Counted from the stretch's first letter, positions 26,177 through 36,228 are shown. The stretch: DNA of 64,000 bases from an uncultured Candidatus Saccharibacteria bacterium (GCA_964520505.1 CAZFQP010000003.1:16738-80737), one strand, 5' to 3'. Program-made: numbers and translations. The notes: generated by a model not told the origin, from the letters alone.

Positions 26177-26288
26177 GCTCTACTAAATACTAAAAAATAC
26201 AAAAAAGTACTAAATCAGAATTAATTACCGCTTTCGTCAGTACGGTTTAGTATCTTTAGTAGCATTTCGTATTTAGTAGAAGGAAATC
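26177..26288. repeat. Nested-palindrome element of the TACTAAATAC family (terminal 11-bp inverted repeats CTACTAAATAC / GTATTTAGTAG) between the two exonuclease paralogs
   Basis: Ends TTTCGTATTTAGTAGAAGG just upstream of the start codon, as at 5205-5236. Confidence 0.55.
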
Positions 26289-26289
26289 T

Positions 26290-26853
26290 ATGGATTTCAA
26301 CAAAGACATTTTATTGATTGACACTGAGTTTACTGGTTTTGATATTGATAAGCACGAAATTGTGCAGTTGGCCGCAGTGTTGCTGGATAAAAAAACCTTA
26401 AAGGAAAAAAAGTTTTTTTCTTCTTATATTAAGCCTCGGCGCTGGAAAACGCGCAATCGGGAATCGATGAAAGTGAATAACATTACTCTAGAAATGTTGC
26501 AAGGCGCGCCGGACTTAAAAGAGGTTTTAAAAAAATTTGACCGAACGTTTGGCCACAACGTCATTCAGGCTTTTTATGTCGGCTATAATGACAAACGTTT
26601 TTTACTGGAAAGCTATAGGCGCGCGGGACTAAAATGGCGGTTTGACTATCACTATTTTGAGCTTTGGGGTTTGTTTTATCCCTTTTTAGCCGTTAAAAAT
26701 AAACTTAAGACCATAAAAGATTTTGCCGGGTTTGGGATTGAATCGATGTTAAAAATTTTTAAAATTGAACAACCGGACAATTTGCATGATGCTTTAACTG
26801 ACTGCCGGGTGGAAGCGGAAATTTTAAGAAAAGTAATTAAACAAATAATTTAA
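26290..26853 (+). CDS. DEDDh-family 3'-5' exonuclease (DnaQ/oligoribonuclease-like), intact motifs
   Basis: Exo I IDTEFTG, Exo II YNDKRFL, Exo III HDALTDCRVEAE. Confidence 0.7.
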   Translation: MDFNKDILLIDTEFTGFDIDKHEIVQLAAVLLDKKTLKEKKFFSSYIKPRRWKTRNRESMKVNNITLEMLQGAPDLKEVLKKFDRTFGHNVIQAFYVGYNDKRFLLESYRRAGLKWRFDYHYFELWGLFYPFLAVKNKLKTIKDFAGFGIESMLKIFKIEQPDNLHDALTDCRVEAEILRKVIKQII

Positions 26854-26856
26854 CAG

Positions 26857-26943
26857 ACTTTACGAAGTACGAATTTATACTAACTTACGAAGAAAACTCG
26901 TAGGGGAATTCGTAAGTTCGTAAAGATTGGTACTTCGTAAAAT
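26857..26943. repeat. Palindromic intergenic element copy 3 (same family as 25553-25638), ends 2 nt before fmt start
   Basis: CTTTACGAAGTACGAAT...AACTTACGAAG...ATTCGTAAGTTCGTAAAG...GTACTTCGTAAAAT. Confidence 0.65.
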
Positions 26944-26945
26944 TT

Positions 26946-27872
26946 ATGAGGATTATTTTTTTTGGCACTGCTAACGTGGCCTTGCCCATTTTGGAAGAAT
27001 TAAGGTTGGAACATGACATTGTGGCCGTGGTTACCACGCCCGATGTTAAGGTTGGTCGCAAGCAAATTTTGCAGGAAAGTCCGGTGTCGGCTTTGGCTAA
27101 GGATTTAAATTTAACTACCTACAAACCAGAAAAGATAAAAAATAACCCTGAATTTTTAAAAATTTTGACCGATTTAGCCGCTGATATTTTTGTGGTGGTG
27201 GCTTACGGCAAAATTTTGCCTATGGAAGTTATTAACCTGCCGCCACATAAAACTGTTAATGTCCATTTTTCCCTGCTGCCAAAATATCGCGGTCCGTCCC
27301 CAATTCAGGCCGCCCTACTTGCCGGTGACACCCATACAGGCTCAAGTATTTTTGTGCTGGACGAAGGTGTGGATACAGGACCATTAATTGCCCAGGAAAT
27401 TTTAGCTGTTGAGCCGGACGACAACTTTTTTACTCTCTCAGATAAGTTGGCAAGGTTTTCTGCAAAATTAATTTTACCAACTTTGGAAGACTACACAGGA
27501 GGTAAAATTACTCCCCTACCCCAAGTAGAAGAAGGCATCAGTCAAACTAAAATTATTTCCAAAGTTGACGGTAAAGCCGATTGGAACCAGTCGGCTGCGG
27601 AAATTTATAACCGATTCCGGGCATTTTATATTTGGCCCGGACTATGGTCTACCTGGCAAGGTAAAACTTTAAAAATCACCGATTGTCGGCCGGTGGATTC
27701 CCAAGCACTAAAAGATGTTGCCGTCGGATCAATTTTGGATGGTGGAATTGTTGTGTGTGGTCAAAATACCGCCTTACAAATTAGTAGCCTGCAGCTTGAG
27801 GGAAAAACCGAAGTGGCAATTATGGATTTTTTGAACGGTTATAAAAATTTCGTGGGCAGCAGGCTCGAATAG
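26946..27872 (+). CDS. fmt: methionyl-tRNA formyltransferase
   Basis: N-terminal formyltransferase domain MRIIFFGT...VVTTPD, SLLPKYRGPSPIQ motif, C-terminal Fmt domain; def-fmt linkage. Confidence 0.9.
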   Translation: MRIIFFGTANVALPILEELRLEHDIVAVVTTPDVKVGRKQILQESPVSALAKDLNLTTYKPEKIKNNPEFLKILTDLAADIFVVVAYGKILPMEVINLPPHKTVNVHFSLLPKYRGPSPIQAALLAGDTHTGSSIFVLDEGVDTGPLIAQEILAVEPDDNFFTLSDKLARFSAKLILPTLEDYTGGKITPLPQVEEGISQTKIISKVDGKADWNQSAAEIYNRFRAFYIWPGLWSTWQGKTLKITDCRPVDSQALKDVAVGSILDGGIVVCGQNTALQISSLQLEGKTEVAIMDFLNGYKNFVGSRLE

Positions 27873-27889
27873 TTATAAGTACAAATTTA

Positions 27890-27932
27890 AAACTGGCCAA
27901 ACCGGGAGATTGTCCTAGTTTGGCCAGTTTTA
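27890..27932. terminator. Bidirectional terminator AACTGGCCAAAC...GTTTGGCCAGTTTT
   Basis: 12-bp stem between convergent fmt and mltG. Confidence 0.65.
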
Positions 27933-27946
27933 TTTTATTGAAAGCT

Positions 27947-28804
27947 TTACTTTAAATATTTTTGTTTATTTATTAAATGTTGTTCGTAAGTGCTGGCGTA
28001 GAATACTTGTCCGGTTTTTTGGTCGTGTAAAAAATAAAGGTAATCGGAATTCGTAGGATTCAGGGCGGCTAAAATAGAACTAAGTGACGGGTTGCAGATT
28101 GGTCCTGGAGGGAGCCCCGGGTATTTGTAAGTATTATAGGGTGAATTAATTTTCGTGTCAGCCTCGGACGGGCTAGGCGTATTTTTTTTCGTTACAAAAT
28201 TAACCGTGGCATCGCTTTGTAGCGGCATTTTTATATTTAATCGATTATAAAAAATTCCGGCTATGGTTTTTCTTTCCGCATCCAAATTTTGTTTTTGCTC
28301 CGAGCTTACGGCTTCTCTGCCCGTTTCTTTTTCAATTATAGAAGCCAAAGTTAAAATTTGATGCAAAGTCATTCCCCGGTTTTGTGCTTGGCTTAACATC
28401 TCACCGGTAATTTTTTTGGAAAAATTATCCAGAGATTTTTTTATTACTGTTTGAGCAGCTTCGTCCGGCGAGGGGGAATTTTTGGGAATAAAATAGGTGT
28501 CCGGGAAAATATAACCAAGCAAGCTGCTTCCACTTGGTTTGCTAGCTAAATCAGGATAGTCGGTTAAGGGGAAATTTTTTAAATTTTGAGTAAAAATGGC
28601 AGCAGAAACCACACCTTTTTTTTCCAAGTAAGCGCCAATCTCTTCATTAGTCCAACCCTCAACCAATGTAATGCTAATTTCCGGTGCTTTGGCCTGCTGG
28701 CGCACCAAAGCGGCCTGCTGACGGGCTTTTTTGGCGTAATAAAAGCCTCCGGCAGCTGTGGCCAGAACAATTAATACGCAGACAATAAGGAGTTTTTTAA
28801 TCAT
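27947..28804 (-). CDS. mltG: endolytic murein transglycosylase MltG (YceG family)
   Basis: N-terminal TM anchor and the YceG signature SPYNTYKYPGLPPGPICNP. Confidence 0.85.
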   Translation of the reverse strand: MIKKLLIVCVLIVLATAAGGFYYAKKARQQAALVRQQAKAPEISITLVEGWTNEEIGAYLEKKGVVSAAIFTQNLKNFPLTDYPDLASKPSGSSLLGYIFPDTYFIPKNSPSPDEAAQTVIKKSLDNFSKKITGEMLSQAQNRGMTLHQILTLASIIEKETGREAVSSEQKQNLDAERKTIAGIFYNRLNIKMPLQSDATVNFVTKKNTPSPSEADTKINSPYNTYKYPGLPPGPICNPSLSSILAALNPTNSDYLYFLHDQKTGQVFYASTYEQHLINKQKYLK

Positions 28805-28905
28805 TGAATTTCAGGGATTTTAGTAAAACCACCTAAGTTGATTAATAAAAAGCAACATTCAGGTGGTTTTACCCTTAACTAGTATACAATATTTTCTATC
28901 TGCAG

Positions 28906-29589
28906 TTAAGACTTGAGGCCGTTTTCTATTCCGTCTAAAACTTTTTTGGCGTGAGCTTGTCCGCCTAAGCCAAAGGCCAAGCCTCCGGCGATGGCTAACA
29001 TAGCAACTACAGCTCTGAATAAGTCTTGCAAAAATGCCGTGGCAATTTGCAGTTGCGACAGGGCTGCAATGACGCTAAAAATTACAATAGCCCATTTGGT
29101 TAAGCTTCCTAAAGTTTCGCCCTTGTGCAAGCCACTGGCTTTTACCGTGCTGTTGACAATGCCGGCAAAAAAATTCGCCGCCAAAATCCCTAGCAGTAAA
29201 ATGGCCATTGCCACGATTACTTGTCCGGCATAAGCCAAAACATCTTGGTATAAGAATGTGGAAACCGCTTGTAGGCCTAATATATCAGCGGCGGCAATAA
29301 AGCTGCCTAAGAAAAAGAACCATTTAACTAGCCAGCCGCCCAGCGCGGCCAGACTAAGTTTCTTTTCCACTTTTTCCGACAAACTCTGTAGGCCAAGTTG
29401 GTTGGCCAAATGATCAATTTTAATTAGCTCTAAAAGTTTGATAATAATCTTGCTTAAGAACATAGCCAAAAGCCAGCCGACAATTAATATAATTATGGCC
29501 GCCAGCAAATTTGGCAGCGAAGTTAACACTTTGCTATATAAATCTTGCAAAGCCTTAACTACAGTCATTTGATATGTTGGATAATCCAT
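28906..29589 (-). CDS. polytopic membrane protein with repeated conserved-TM-helix units (mechanosensitive-channel-like N-terminal region), hypothetical
   Basis: Three similar hydrophobic helices separated by amphipathic segments; no soluble domain. Confidence 0.4.
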   Translation of the reverse strand: MDYPTYQMTVVKALQDLYSKVLTSLPNLLAAIIILIVGWLLAMFLSKIIIKLLELIKIDHLANQLGLQSLSEKVEKKLSLAALGGWLVKWFFFLGSFIAAADILGLQAVSTFLYQDVLAYAGQVIVAMAILLLGILAANFFAGIVNSTVKASGLHKGETLGSLTKWAIVIFSVIAALSQLQIATAFLQDLFRAVVAMLAIAGGLAFGLGGQAHAKKVLDGIENGLKS

Positions 29590-29712
29590 TATTTTTTGTT
29601 TCCTTTTTTGATCTAGTCTGTTTAATTTTAATGAACTAAATCACTTTTATATATTTGAGTAATGTTGCTTAAGACCGACCCGCCTTTAAAAGCGACTTAA
29701 GCTTGATTTAAA

Positions 29713-30147
29713 TTATTCGCCGATAATTTGAATTTTAAGTTCCCTGCTTCGTCCGCCGTCGAACTCCACAAAAAATACGCTTTGTTTGGCGCCTATGGCC
29801 AAGTCCCCTTTTTCCACCGGTAAAGTTTCCGAAGCTCCTGACAAAAAAGCTTTTACGTGGGCGTGGCCGTTGCTGCGTTCATTGGGACTGATATTTTGTC
29901 TGACTTCAAACAGGTCGTGGCTGTAGCTCATGTCAATTGGGATCAGGCGATAAAGCGTCTTCATAATATCTTGAACCAGTAACGGCTCATTGTGGTTTAA
30001 TTTGACGCTAGCTGTGGTATGAGGGCAAAAAACTAAAGCAATGCCGTTTTTTATTTTTGATTCAATCACGGCCGTGCGAATGTATGTGGTAACATCTACC
30101 AATTCAAATTGTTTTTTTGTCTCAAGTGTAATTTTTTTAGAAAACAT
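29713..30147 (-). CDS. YjbQ/UPF0047 family protein (secondary thiamine-phosphate synthase-like)
   Basis: Conserved HTTASV, NGHAH and DGGRSRE motifs of UPF0047. Confidence 0.75.
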   Translation of the reverse strand: MFSKKITLETKKQFELVDVTTYIRTAVIESKIKNGIALVFCPHTTASVKLNHNEPLLVQDIMKTLYRLIPIDMSYSHDLFEVRQNISPNERSNGHAHVKAFLSGASETLPVEKGDLAIGAKQSVFFVEFDGGRSRELKIQIIGE

Positions 30148-30256
30148 TTTTTTATTTCAATAAGTTTACTAAGGCCCTCTTATTATACCATAATTTTGCC
30201 AAAAATAAAAAATACCCCGCCCTTTAATTTAAAAGGCGGGGTAAATTTATTGAGAA

Positions 30257-30529
30257 TTATAGGATAGCATCCTTGGCAGCTTTGGCTACGCGGAATTTTA
30301 GTACAGTTTTAGCAGGGATGGATATGCTTTCGCCGGTGGCTGGGTTGCGGCCCATTCTGGCATCGCGATGCTTCTTTTGCAGCTTGCCCATACCTGGAAT
30401 TACGAATTCGCCTTCTTTTTTGGTAACGGCGTAAGCCATTTCTACCATGGCATCCATAAATTCGCTAACTTCTTTGCGGGTTTTACCGAGCTTGTCGGCT
30501 AAGGCCTGCAGGATTTCTGACTTTGTCAT
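30257..30529 (-). CDS. hup: DNA-binding protein HU
   Basis: MTKSEI...GFGKF-like arm; RNPATGE and KAAKDA motifs; 90 aa. Confidence 0.92.
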   Translation of the reverse strand: MTKSEILQALADKLGKTRKEVSEFMDAMVEMAYAVTKKEGEFVIPGMGKLQKKHRDARMGRNPATGESISIPAKTVLKFRVAKAAKDAIL

Positions 30530-30804
30530 TGTTTTGTGTCTCCCTGCCCCTCTATTCCCTCGCCTTCCTAAAAAGGGAGGGTTTTGGGAGGGGGCTATTT
30601 ATTTAATATACGTTTAAATTTTAACCAAAAAACCCAATAAAATCAAGGATTTTTAAAATATGTCAAGACAATAACCCTTTAAAAACAATGTTGGCGGAGA
30701 AAAATTTGAAATTAGTCCTTATTTAAGCCAGATTTTATAATCATCAATGAATGGCTAAAATTTTGTTATTCTGTTTAACTAACAATATCCACAGGTCACA
30801 TTTA

Positions 30805-31851
30805 TTAAAGTATCAGCATTCCATCACCAAAAGAAAAAAAGCGAAAGCGTTTTTTTATGGCGGCTTGATACAATTTTAGCAGGGTTGGCCTCCCGGTAAT
30901 CGCTGAAACTAACATAAGCAAGCTGGATTTAGGCACGTGGAAATTAGTAATCAGGGAGTCAACAAATAAAAATTTATACCCGGGACGAATGAACATTGCA
31001 GTGGAGCCGGAAAGTTTTTTTAAGCCATGAGTGGACGCGGCCGACTCTAAGGTGCGAACTACCGTGGTTCCTACTGCAATAATCGGACGCCTTTGGGCTT
31101 TGGCTTGGTTTAAGAATTTGGCTGTGGTCTTGTCTATGTCATAAGTCTCGGTATGCAGCTTACCGGAGGTTAACTGCTCCTCTTTGAGCGGGGCAAAAGT
31201 TCCTAAATTGACATTAAGCGTAACAAATTTTACGTCTATCCCCTGCTTTTTTAAATTATTGATCAACGTTTTGGTAAAATGCAGACTGGCGGTGGGAGCG
31301 GCCACGGAAAGTCCGGCTCTGGCGAATACGGTTTGATATTGTTCCCGCTTTTGTTTTTCTGACAGAGGTGAATGTTTAATGTATGGCGGCAGCGGCGTGT
31401 AGCCAAATTTATTTAAGACAGTTTTTATTTGGGCAATGGGGAAGTTTGGTTTGAGAAAATAAAATTGGTCAGTTTTTTTGACAACCAAAAATTGCTTCTC
31501 GCTTGGTTTGCGGCCAAAAACCAAGTGAGTAGTGGAATTTATCGGCAAAGACCGATTGCTTAAAACCTTAACAAACTGACGGTCGTGGCTAATATATAAA
31601 ATTTCGGCTTTGCCCCCGGTGGCTTTTTGCACTTTGAGTCTGGCCGGGACAACCTTAGTTTGGTTAAAAACCAAGATGGCATTTTTGGGCAGATATTTTG
31701 ATATGTTTTTAAAAATATCAAATGTGCTGGTTTTGGTTTTCCGGTTATATACTAAAAGCCGCGCCGAGTCTCTTGGGCGGGCGGGCTTTTGGGCTATTAA
31801 CTCCTCGGGCAAATAATAATTGTAAGGTTTTAAAATAGTTTCAAGCGACAT
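30805..31851 (-). CDS. queA: S-adenosylmethionine:tRNA ribosyltransferase-isomerase
   Basis: N-terminal YNYYLPEELIAQKPARPRDSARLLV and central HFT...GTFAPL motifs. Confidence 0.9.
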   Translation of the reverse strand: MSLETILKPYNYYLPEELIAQKPARPRDSARLLVYNRKTKTSTFDIFKNISKYLPKNAILVFNQTKVVPARLKVQKATGGKAEILYISHDRQFVKVLSNRSLPINSTTHLVFGRKPSEKQFLVVKKTDQFYFLKPNFPIAQIKTVLNKFGYTPLPPYIKHSPLSEKQKREQYQTVFARAGLSVAAPTASLHFTKTLINNLKKQGIDVKFVTLNVNLGTFAPLKEEQLTSGKLHTETYDIDKTTAKFLNQAKAQRRPIIAVGTTVVRTLESAASTHGLKKLSGSTAMFIRPGYKFLFVDSLITNFHVPKSSLLMLVSAITGRPTLLKLYQAAIKKRFRFFSFGDGMLIL

Positions 31852-32764
31852 TTAGTTTGTTGTATTTTAAAGATTTCCAGAAGAAGAAGCCGACTACCAC
31901 AAAAGTGGTGAGCGGCGAAACGTAAGAAGGAATATGAAAACCGAAAGCATCTACCAGCATGATGCCGCCTAAAAATAAAATGGAATACATCGCGCCGTTT
32001 TTGATAAACAGGTATTTTTTAATCCGGTCAATATTTTTTACGGTAAATTCTCTTACTACAAACGCGCCGAGTGAGTTGCCAAGCAAAATTAACGGAACCG
32101 ATAAAGTAAAGGCAAACGCGCCAAGCACGCCGTCGATGCTGAATGTGGTATCGATTACTTCCAAATACAAAATTTTGCTAATGTCGGAAAGTCCGCTGCC
32201 GGAAAGTAGTTCGGTTTCTTTTTTGGCCGCGTTTTCTTTAAACCCATGGGTAATAAAGAAAGCGGTGGAGCCGACCACGGCGGCAAAGCCTAAAAACGGA
32301 TTAATCTTTAAAGCCTGCCAGACAATTACAGAAAGTAGAATCGAAACCACGGCATAAAACCACACGCCCTGAGAGTGGAAGAATTTTTCGCCTTTAAGTC
32401 CGTAGTTTTTTGGTTCCAAAAATAACCAGTGGAAGAATAAGAAAACTAAAAATACACCGCCGGCCATTAGCAGCAGAGGCGCGGATTGTTCAACTGCGGC
32501 CATTACCCGGGGGTCTGAGGAAAAAGCTGCGGTTACTGCCTGCCAGGGGCCTAAGCCCGGGGTTGCCAGCCAAACAATCAGCCAAGGCAGGAGTCCGCGG
32601 ACAATAAATACGGCAAACAGCATTCCCCACAACAAAAACCACCGCCTGGCCTTTTGGCCCATAGTGGAAAGAACTTCGGCATTAATAATGGCATTGTCGA
32701 TTGAGGAGATGGTTTCAAACAGACACAGCCCAAGAACAATTAAGATGATTGAAAAAAAGTCCAC
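31841..32764 (-). CDS. TerC/DUF475-family integral membrane protein
   Basis: Polytopic; conserved ETISSIDNAI segment characteristic of TerC-like proteins. Confidence 0.55.
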   Translation of the reverse strand: MDFFSIILIVLGLCLFETISSIDNAIINAEVLSTMGQKARRWFLLWGMLFAVFIVRGLLPWLIVWLATPGLGPWQAVTAAFSSDPRVMAAVEQSAPLLLMAGGVFLVFLFFHWLFLEPKNYGLKGEKFFHSQGVWFYAVVSILLSVIVWQALKINPFLGFAAVVGSTAFFITHGFKENAAKKETELLSGSGLSDISKILYLEVIDTTFSIDGVLGAFAFTLSVPLILLGNSLGAFVVREFTVKNIDRIKKYLFIKNGAMYSILFLGGIMLVDAFGFHIPSYVSPLTTFVVVGFFFWKSLKYNKLNVA

Positions 32765-32814
32765 GAGAGTAATTTAAAGATTTAAGAATTAAATGATTTA
32801 AGAATTGGTTAGAA

Positions 32815-33942
32815 TTAGAAATATTTTTTTCCTTTTAATTCTTCCGGGAGGTAATCATCCGCGTCATATTTTTCATAATTCTGCCCATAGCCCAAATCTT
32901 TCATTAGTTTAGTGGATGCGTTGCGAATTTTCAAGGGTATAGGCAGGTTGCCTAAAGCCTTAACGTCTTCCTGGGCGGCGCGCAGGGCGTTGTAGGCGCT
33001 GCGGTCTTTTTTGCAGTTGGCTAAATAGGCTACCCCGTGCGCTAAGTTTATGGCGCATTCCGGGTAGCCAATGGTTTCGCAAGCGTGGAAAACTTCATTA
33101 GCTACTACCAGCGCGGTGGGCTGAGCCAGGCCAACATCTTCGCTGGCAAAAATAACCATCCTTCTTGCAATAAATTTGGGATCCTCCCCTGCTTCCACCA
33201 TTCGCGCCAAATAGTAAATGGCGGCATTGGCCTGGCCGGCGCGCATAGATTTAATAAACGCGGAAATTATATTATAGTGCTCTTCGCCTTTTTTATCGTA
33301 GCGCAGGAATTTTGACTGAAGAGTGTTTTTTAAATTTTCAATGGTTAGTTTGTCGTAAAGGCTTAGACAGTTGTCTATTATAGTTAAGGCTTGTCTGGCA
33401 TCGCCATTGGCAACGGAAATTAGCCAACTTTTTGCTTCTTTGCTAATTTTAACTTTGGATTGTGAAATAATTTTATCTACTTCGTCTTCCTTGAGTTCGT
33501 TTAACACAAACACTCGACAGCGGGAAAGCAGAGCCGGGATAATTTCAAAAGATGGATTTTCCGTGGTAGCGCCAATTAAAGTTAATTTGCCCGATTCGAC
33601 ATGGGGCAGTAAAAAATCTTGTTGAGCTTTGTTAAAGCGGTGGATCTCGTCCAAAAATAAAATTTTGGGTTGTCCCATCATGGTTGGTTTTTCTACAATT
33701 TGCCGAATGTCATCTTTGCCCGCGGAAACTGCGGAAAGTTCGTGATATTCAGCGTTGACTGCCTTTGCATAAATTCTGGCTAATGTGGTCTTCCCTACCC
33801 CGGGCGGACCCCACAAGACAAAACTAAACAGATGGCGATTTTCTATTGCCTGCCTTAAGGGTTTATTTGGCCCCACTAAATGTTGCTGTCCGACGTAATC
33901 AGTCAAGCCCGTGGGTCTAATTTTATTTGCCAGAGGTTCCAT
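32815..33942 (-). CDS. rarA: replication-associated recombination protein A (AAA+ ATPase)
   Basis: Walker [12 protein letters not shown], Walker [17 protein letters not shown], sensor/arginine finger region; MgsA/RarA C-terminal domain. Confidence 0.88.
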   Translation of the reverse strand: MEPLANKIRPTGLTDYVGQQHLVGPNKPLRQAIENRHLFSFVLWGPPGVGKTTLARIYAKAVNAEYHELSAVSAGKDDIRQIVEKPTMMGQPKILFLDEIHRFNKAQQDFLLPHVESGKLTLIGATTENPSFEIIPALLSRCRVFVLNELKEDEVDKIISQSKVKISKEAKSWLISVANGDARQALTIIDNCLSLYDKLTIENLKNTLQSKFLRYDKKGEEHYNIISAFIKSMRAGQANAAIYYLARMVEAGEDPKFIARRMVIFASEDVGLAQPTALVVANEVFHACETIGYPECAINLAHGVAYLANCKKDRSAYNALRAAQEDVKALGNLPIPLKIRNASTKLMKDLGYGQNYEKYDADDYLPEELKGKKYF

Positions 33943-34050
33943 TAACTAAGTATAAAGTATTTGCCGGCAAGTATAAAGCGGTTGACCTTGCGGCCTTTTG
34001 AGCGTAAAATATTGCTTAAGCAGATTTTTCGGCTTGGATGAACAATATCA

Positions 34051-34257
34051 TTGAGGCCGTGGTGTAAAAAAATGTATGGAGGATTTATGGTAGAGGAACA
34101 ACCTGTCACCGATATTATGCAGGCCGCCGCGGACGAAGTGTCGATCGCCTTCGCTAACGGTAGTTTGAGTCAAGAAGTCGCCGACGGATTCTCTAAGGCA
34201 TTTCAGCGGCAGTTCGAGCAGACCGCCAAAGCGGCCCAGCCGCCGGCAGAGGCGTAA
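34051..34257 (+). CDS. small GC-rich hypothetical protein (probably starts at MVEEQP, ATG 34087)
   Basis: ~56-68 aa acidic protein; GC ~55%; followed by hairpin terminator CCCCCGGAGGTTCGCTTCTGGGGG. Confidence 0.35.
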   Translation: MRPWCKKMYGGFMVEEQPVTDIMQAAADEVSIAFANGSLSQEVADGFSKAFQRQFEQTAKAAQPPAEA

Positions 34258-34308
34258 AGTTAGATCGTATTTTCAAAAACCCCCGGAGGTTCGCTTCTGG
34301 GGGTTCGA

Positions 34309-35097
34309 TTATTTTAAGTTTAAGTAATATCTTCTTTGTTTTTCCGGCAGGCGTTCAATGCTGTAGCGCAAGGCGGTACGTGGCATTTTTTTAGCATTGG
34401 CGTCCAAAAAGGCAGTTAAATATTTTTCCCCACAACGCTTGCCCATTTCCCGCAGCATCCACCCGGTGGCTTTATGTATGAGGTCGTGTTTATCGGTTAA
34501 TAAACTTTTTGCTATAGCAATAGCGTCTTTTGTTTCCCCATTTTTTAAAAAAGTAAAAGTCGCGAGTATGGCAATGCGCCTCTCCCACAAGTTTTTGGAT
34601 TTGGCGAGTTTGTTTAGTGTTTTGTTTTTTACCCTCACCCCTGCCCCTCTCCCGTCAAGGGAGAGGGAATAAAGATAAGACCCAACTATATTCGGTGCGG
34701 ATAAATCTACCAAGTCCCAGTTGTTTATGTACTTAGTATGCCCTAAATAAAATTGATAGACATCTTTTGGTGTTATTTTCAAATGAGATCCTTCTCCGCC
34801 CGCCGGCGAATCAGGATGACGCTTTATAAGATTAGAATATTTTTTTACTAATATAAGCAAGGCGATAAGTCGTTCTTCGTGGATTTTAGATTTGATTAAT
34901 TTATCCAAATCGGCCAGGGATAACTTATCCCAGTATTTGTTTTCCAAGACGCGTTGCTGCGGCACCATAAGTCCTAAAAAAATATCCCCTGCCCCATACT
35001 GGCCGGGCGCAGTTTTAAAAAACCGCTGCAAAATTTTTGCTTTAGCGGGGCTGGCTAACTTTTTGATATCTGATTTTAGGAGGTTTAAGTTTGACAT
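34309..35097 (-). CDS. DNA alkylation repair enzyme (AlkC/AlkD-like HEAT-repeat glycosylase family)
   Basis: Family signature region WDLVDLSAPNIVGSYL...ATGWMLREMGKR; carries an in-frame GC-rich hairpin/G4-type insertion (SLSLDGRGAGVRV). Confidence 0.75.
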   Translation of the reverse strand: MSNLNLLKSDIKKLASPAKAKILQRFFKTAPGQYGAGDIFLGLMVPQQRVLENKYWDKLSLADLDKLIKSKIHEERLIALLILVKKYSNLIKRHPDSPAGGEGSHLKITPKDVYQFYLGHTKYINNWDLVDLSAPNIVGSYLYSLSLDGRGAGVRVKNKTLNKLAKSKNLWERRIAILATFTFLKNGETKDAIAIAKSLLTDKHDLIHKATGWMLREMGKRCGEKYLTAFLDANAKKMPRTALRYSIERLPEKQRRYYLNLK

Positions 35098-35157
35098 AGG
35101 TTAATTATAACAAAAAATCCCTGCCTTGAATAAACTCAAGGCAGGGCTTTTGTTTGC

Positions 35158-35778
35158 TTAAAACCCTAAAACTTCATTTACTAAGATTACAGTTATTCTT
35201 TCCGGAGTCACTTCTCTTTGAATTTTTAATACTTTGCTGTCGTAGGTATTAAAGCTTTCAGGCAAGCCATAGGCTTTGCGGGCACGAGCGCTTTCCAGCG
35301 GGAAAATGTGCTCGTGAATTCTGTCTAAGCCGGTTTGCTCGTCTTTTACTATTTTTTGTGTTCCGGCTACAAAAATTACTTTGTCCGCTCCATAAACGTA
35401 AGCCGGCAACTGGCTTCCGGTGTTGGAGGCGATAATTAATTTGCCGTCTTCGGTAATGGCATGGACGCTGCCGGTTGCATATTCCGGAGCTGCGCCCAAA
35501 CGCTTCATTTCGCGGGAGTTGGATTTATCGGCTGACATTTCGTTTAGTTTTGCCCTGGCGGAATTGTAATTGCCGGACTCGTTTAGTTCTTTGGCCAGGC
35601 CAATAGTTTCCAAAGTTATGGAGGTCATGGTTAGAACTTCGGCTTGCTGCGGAATTAACTCCAGAGCCATTTTTTTAGCCTCTTCCCCGTTTTCCGCGAG
35701 CAGAACTTTAAATCCGTTTTTTTCTAAAGCGGTTTTGGTCGCCGCAACCGTTTCTCTATTCGCTACTTGATTAAACAT
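35158..35778 (-). CDS. LUD-domain (DUF162, LutC-like) protein
   Basis: LUD-domain-like architecture; weak. Confidence 0.5.
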   Translation of the reverse strand: MFNQVANRETVAATKTALEKNGFKVLLAENGEEAKKMALELIPQQAEVLTMTSITLETIGLAKELNESGNYNSARAKLNEMSADKSNSREMKRLGAAPEYATGSVHAITEDGKLIIASNTGSQLPAYVYGADKVIFVAGTQKIVKDEQTGLDRIHEHIFPLESARARKAYGLPESFNTYDSKVLKIQREVTPERITVILVNEVLGF

Positions 35779-35898
35779 TGGCTTTCTGATATATTAATTA
35801 TACTAAGTATATAATATATACCTTTATTATGTTTGACAAGTAGGTACTAAAATCATTTATACTATATATTAGGAAACTATAAATTAAACTCTTTATAT

Positions 35899-36228
35899 AT
35901 GAATGCAGAACCAAAGAATTGTGACAGCGTCCAAGTGACCTTAAAAGTATTAGGCGGCAAATGGAAGCCGATTATTCTTTATTTATTAAGCGGCGGGACT
36001 TTTCGCTTTGGCCAATTAAAGCGCAATGTTACCGGCATTACCCAAAAAATGCTTACTCAGGAATTGCGGGAAATGGAAAATGACCGGCTGGTGTCGCGCA
36101 AGGTCTATGCCGAAGTGCCGCCAAAGGTTGAATATTCCATTACCGCTTACGGCAGAACTTTAGAACCGATATTAAAGCAAATGTCTGTTTGGGGTAAAGC
36201 CCATAAAGGGAAAGTCGCGCTAAAATAA
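35899..36228 (+). CDS. HxlR-family transcriptional regulator
   Basis: Winged-helix HxlR signature CDSVQVTLKVLGGKWKPIILYLL...FGQLKR...ITQKMLTQELREMENDRLV. Confidence 0.8.
   Translation: MNAEPKNCDSVQVTLKVLGGKWKPIILYLLSGGTFRFGQLKRNVTGITQKMLTQELREMENDRLVSRKVYAEVPPKVEYSITAYGRTLEPILKQMSVWGKAHKGKVALK

Noticed and set aside
30544-34647. Shared 12-mer CCCTGCCCCTCT between the hup leader and the alkylation-repair gene as evidence of a repeat family on its own
   Set aside because: A single 12-mer match is expected by chance in 64 kb. Kept only as part of the broader G-run/G4 observation.
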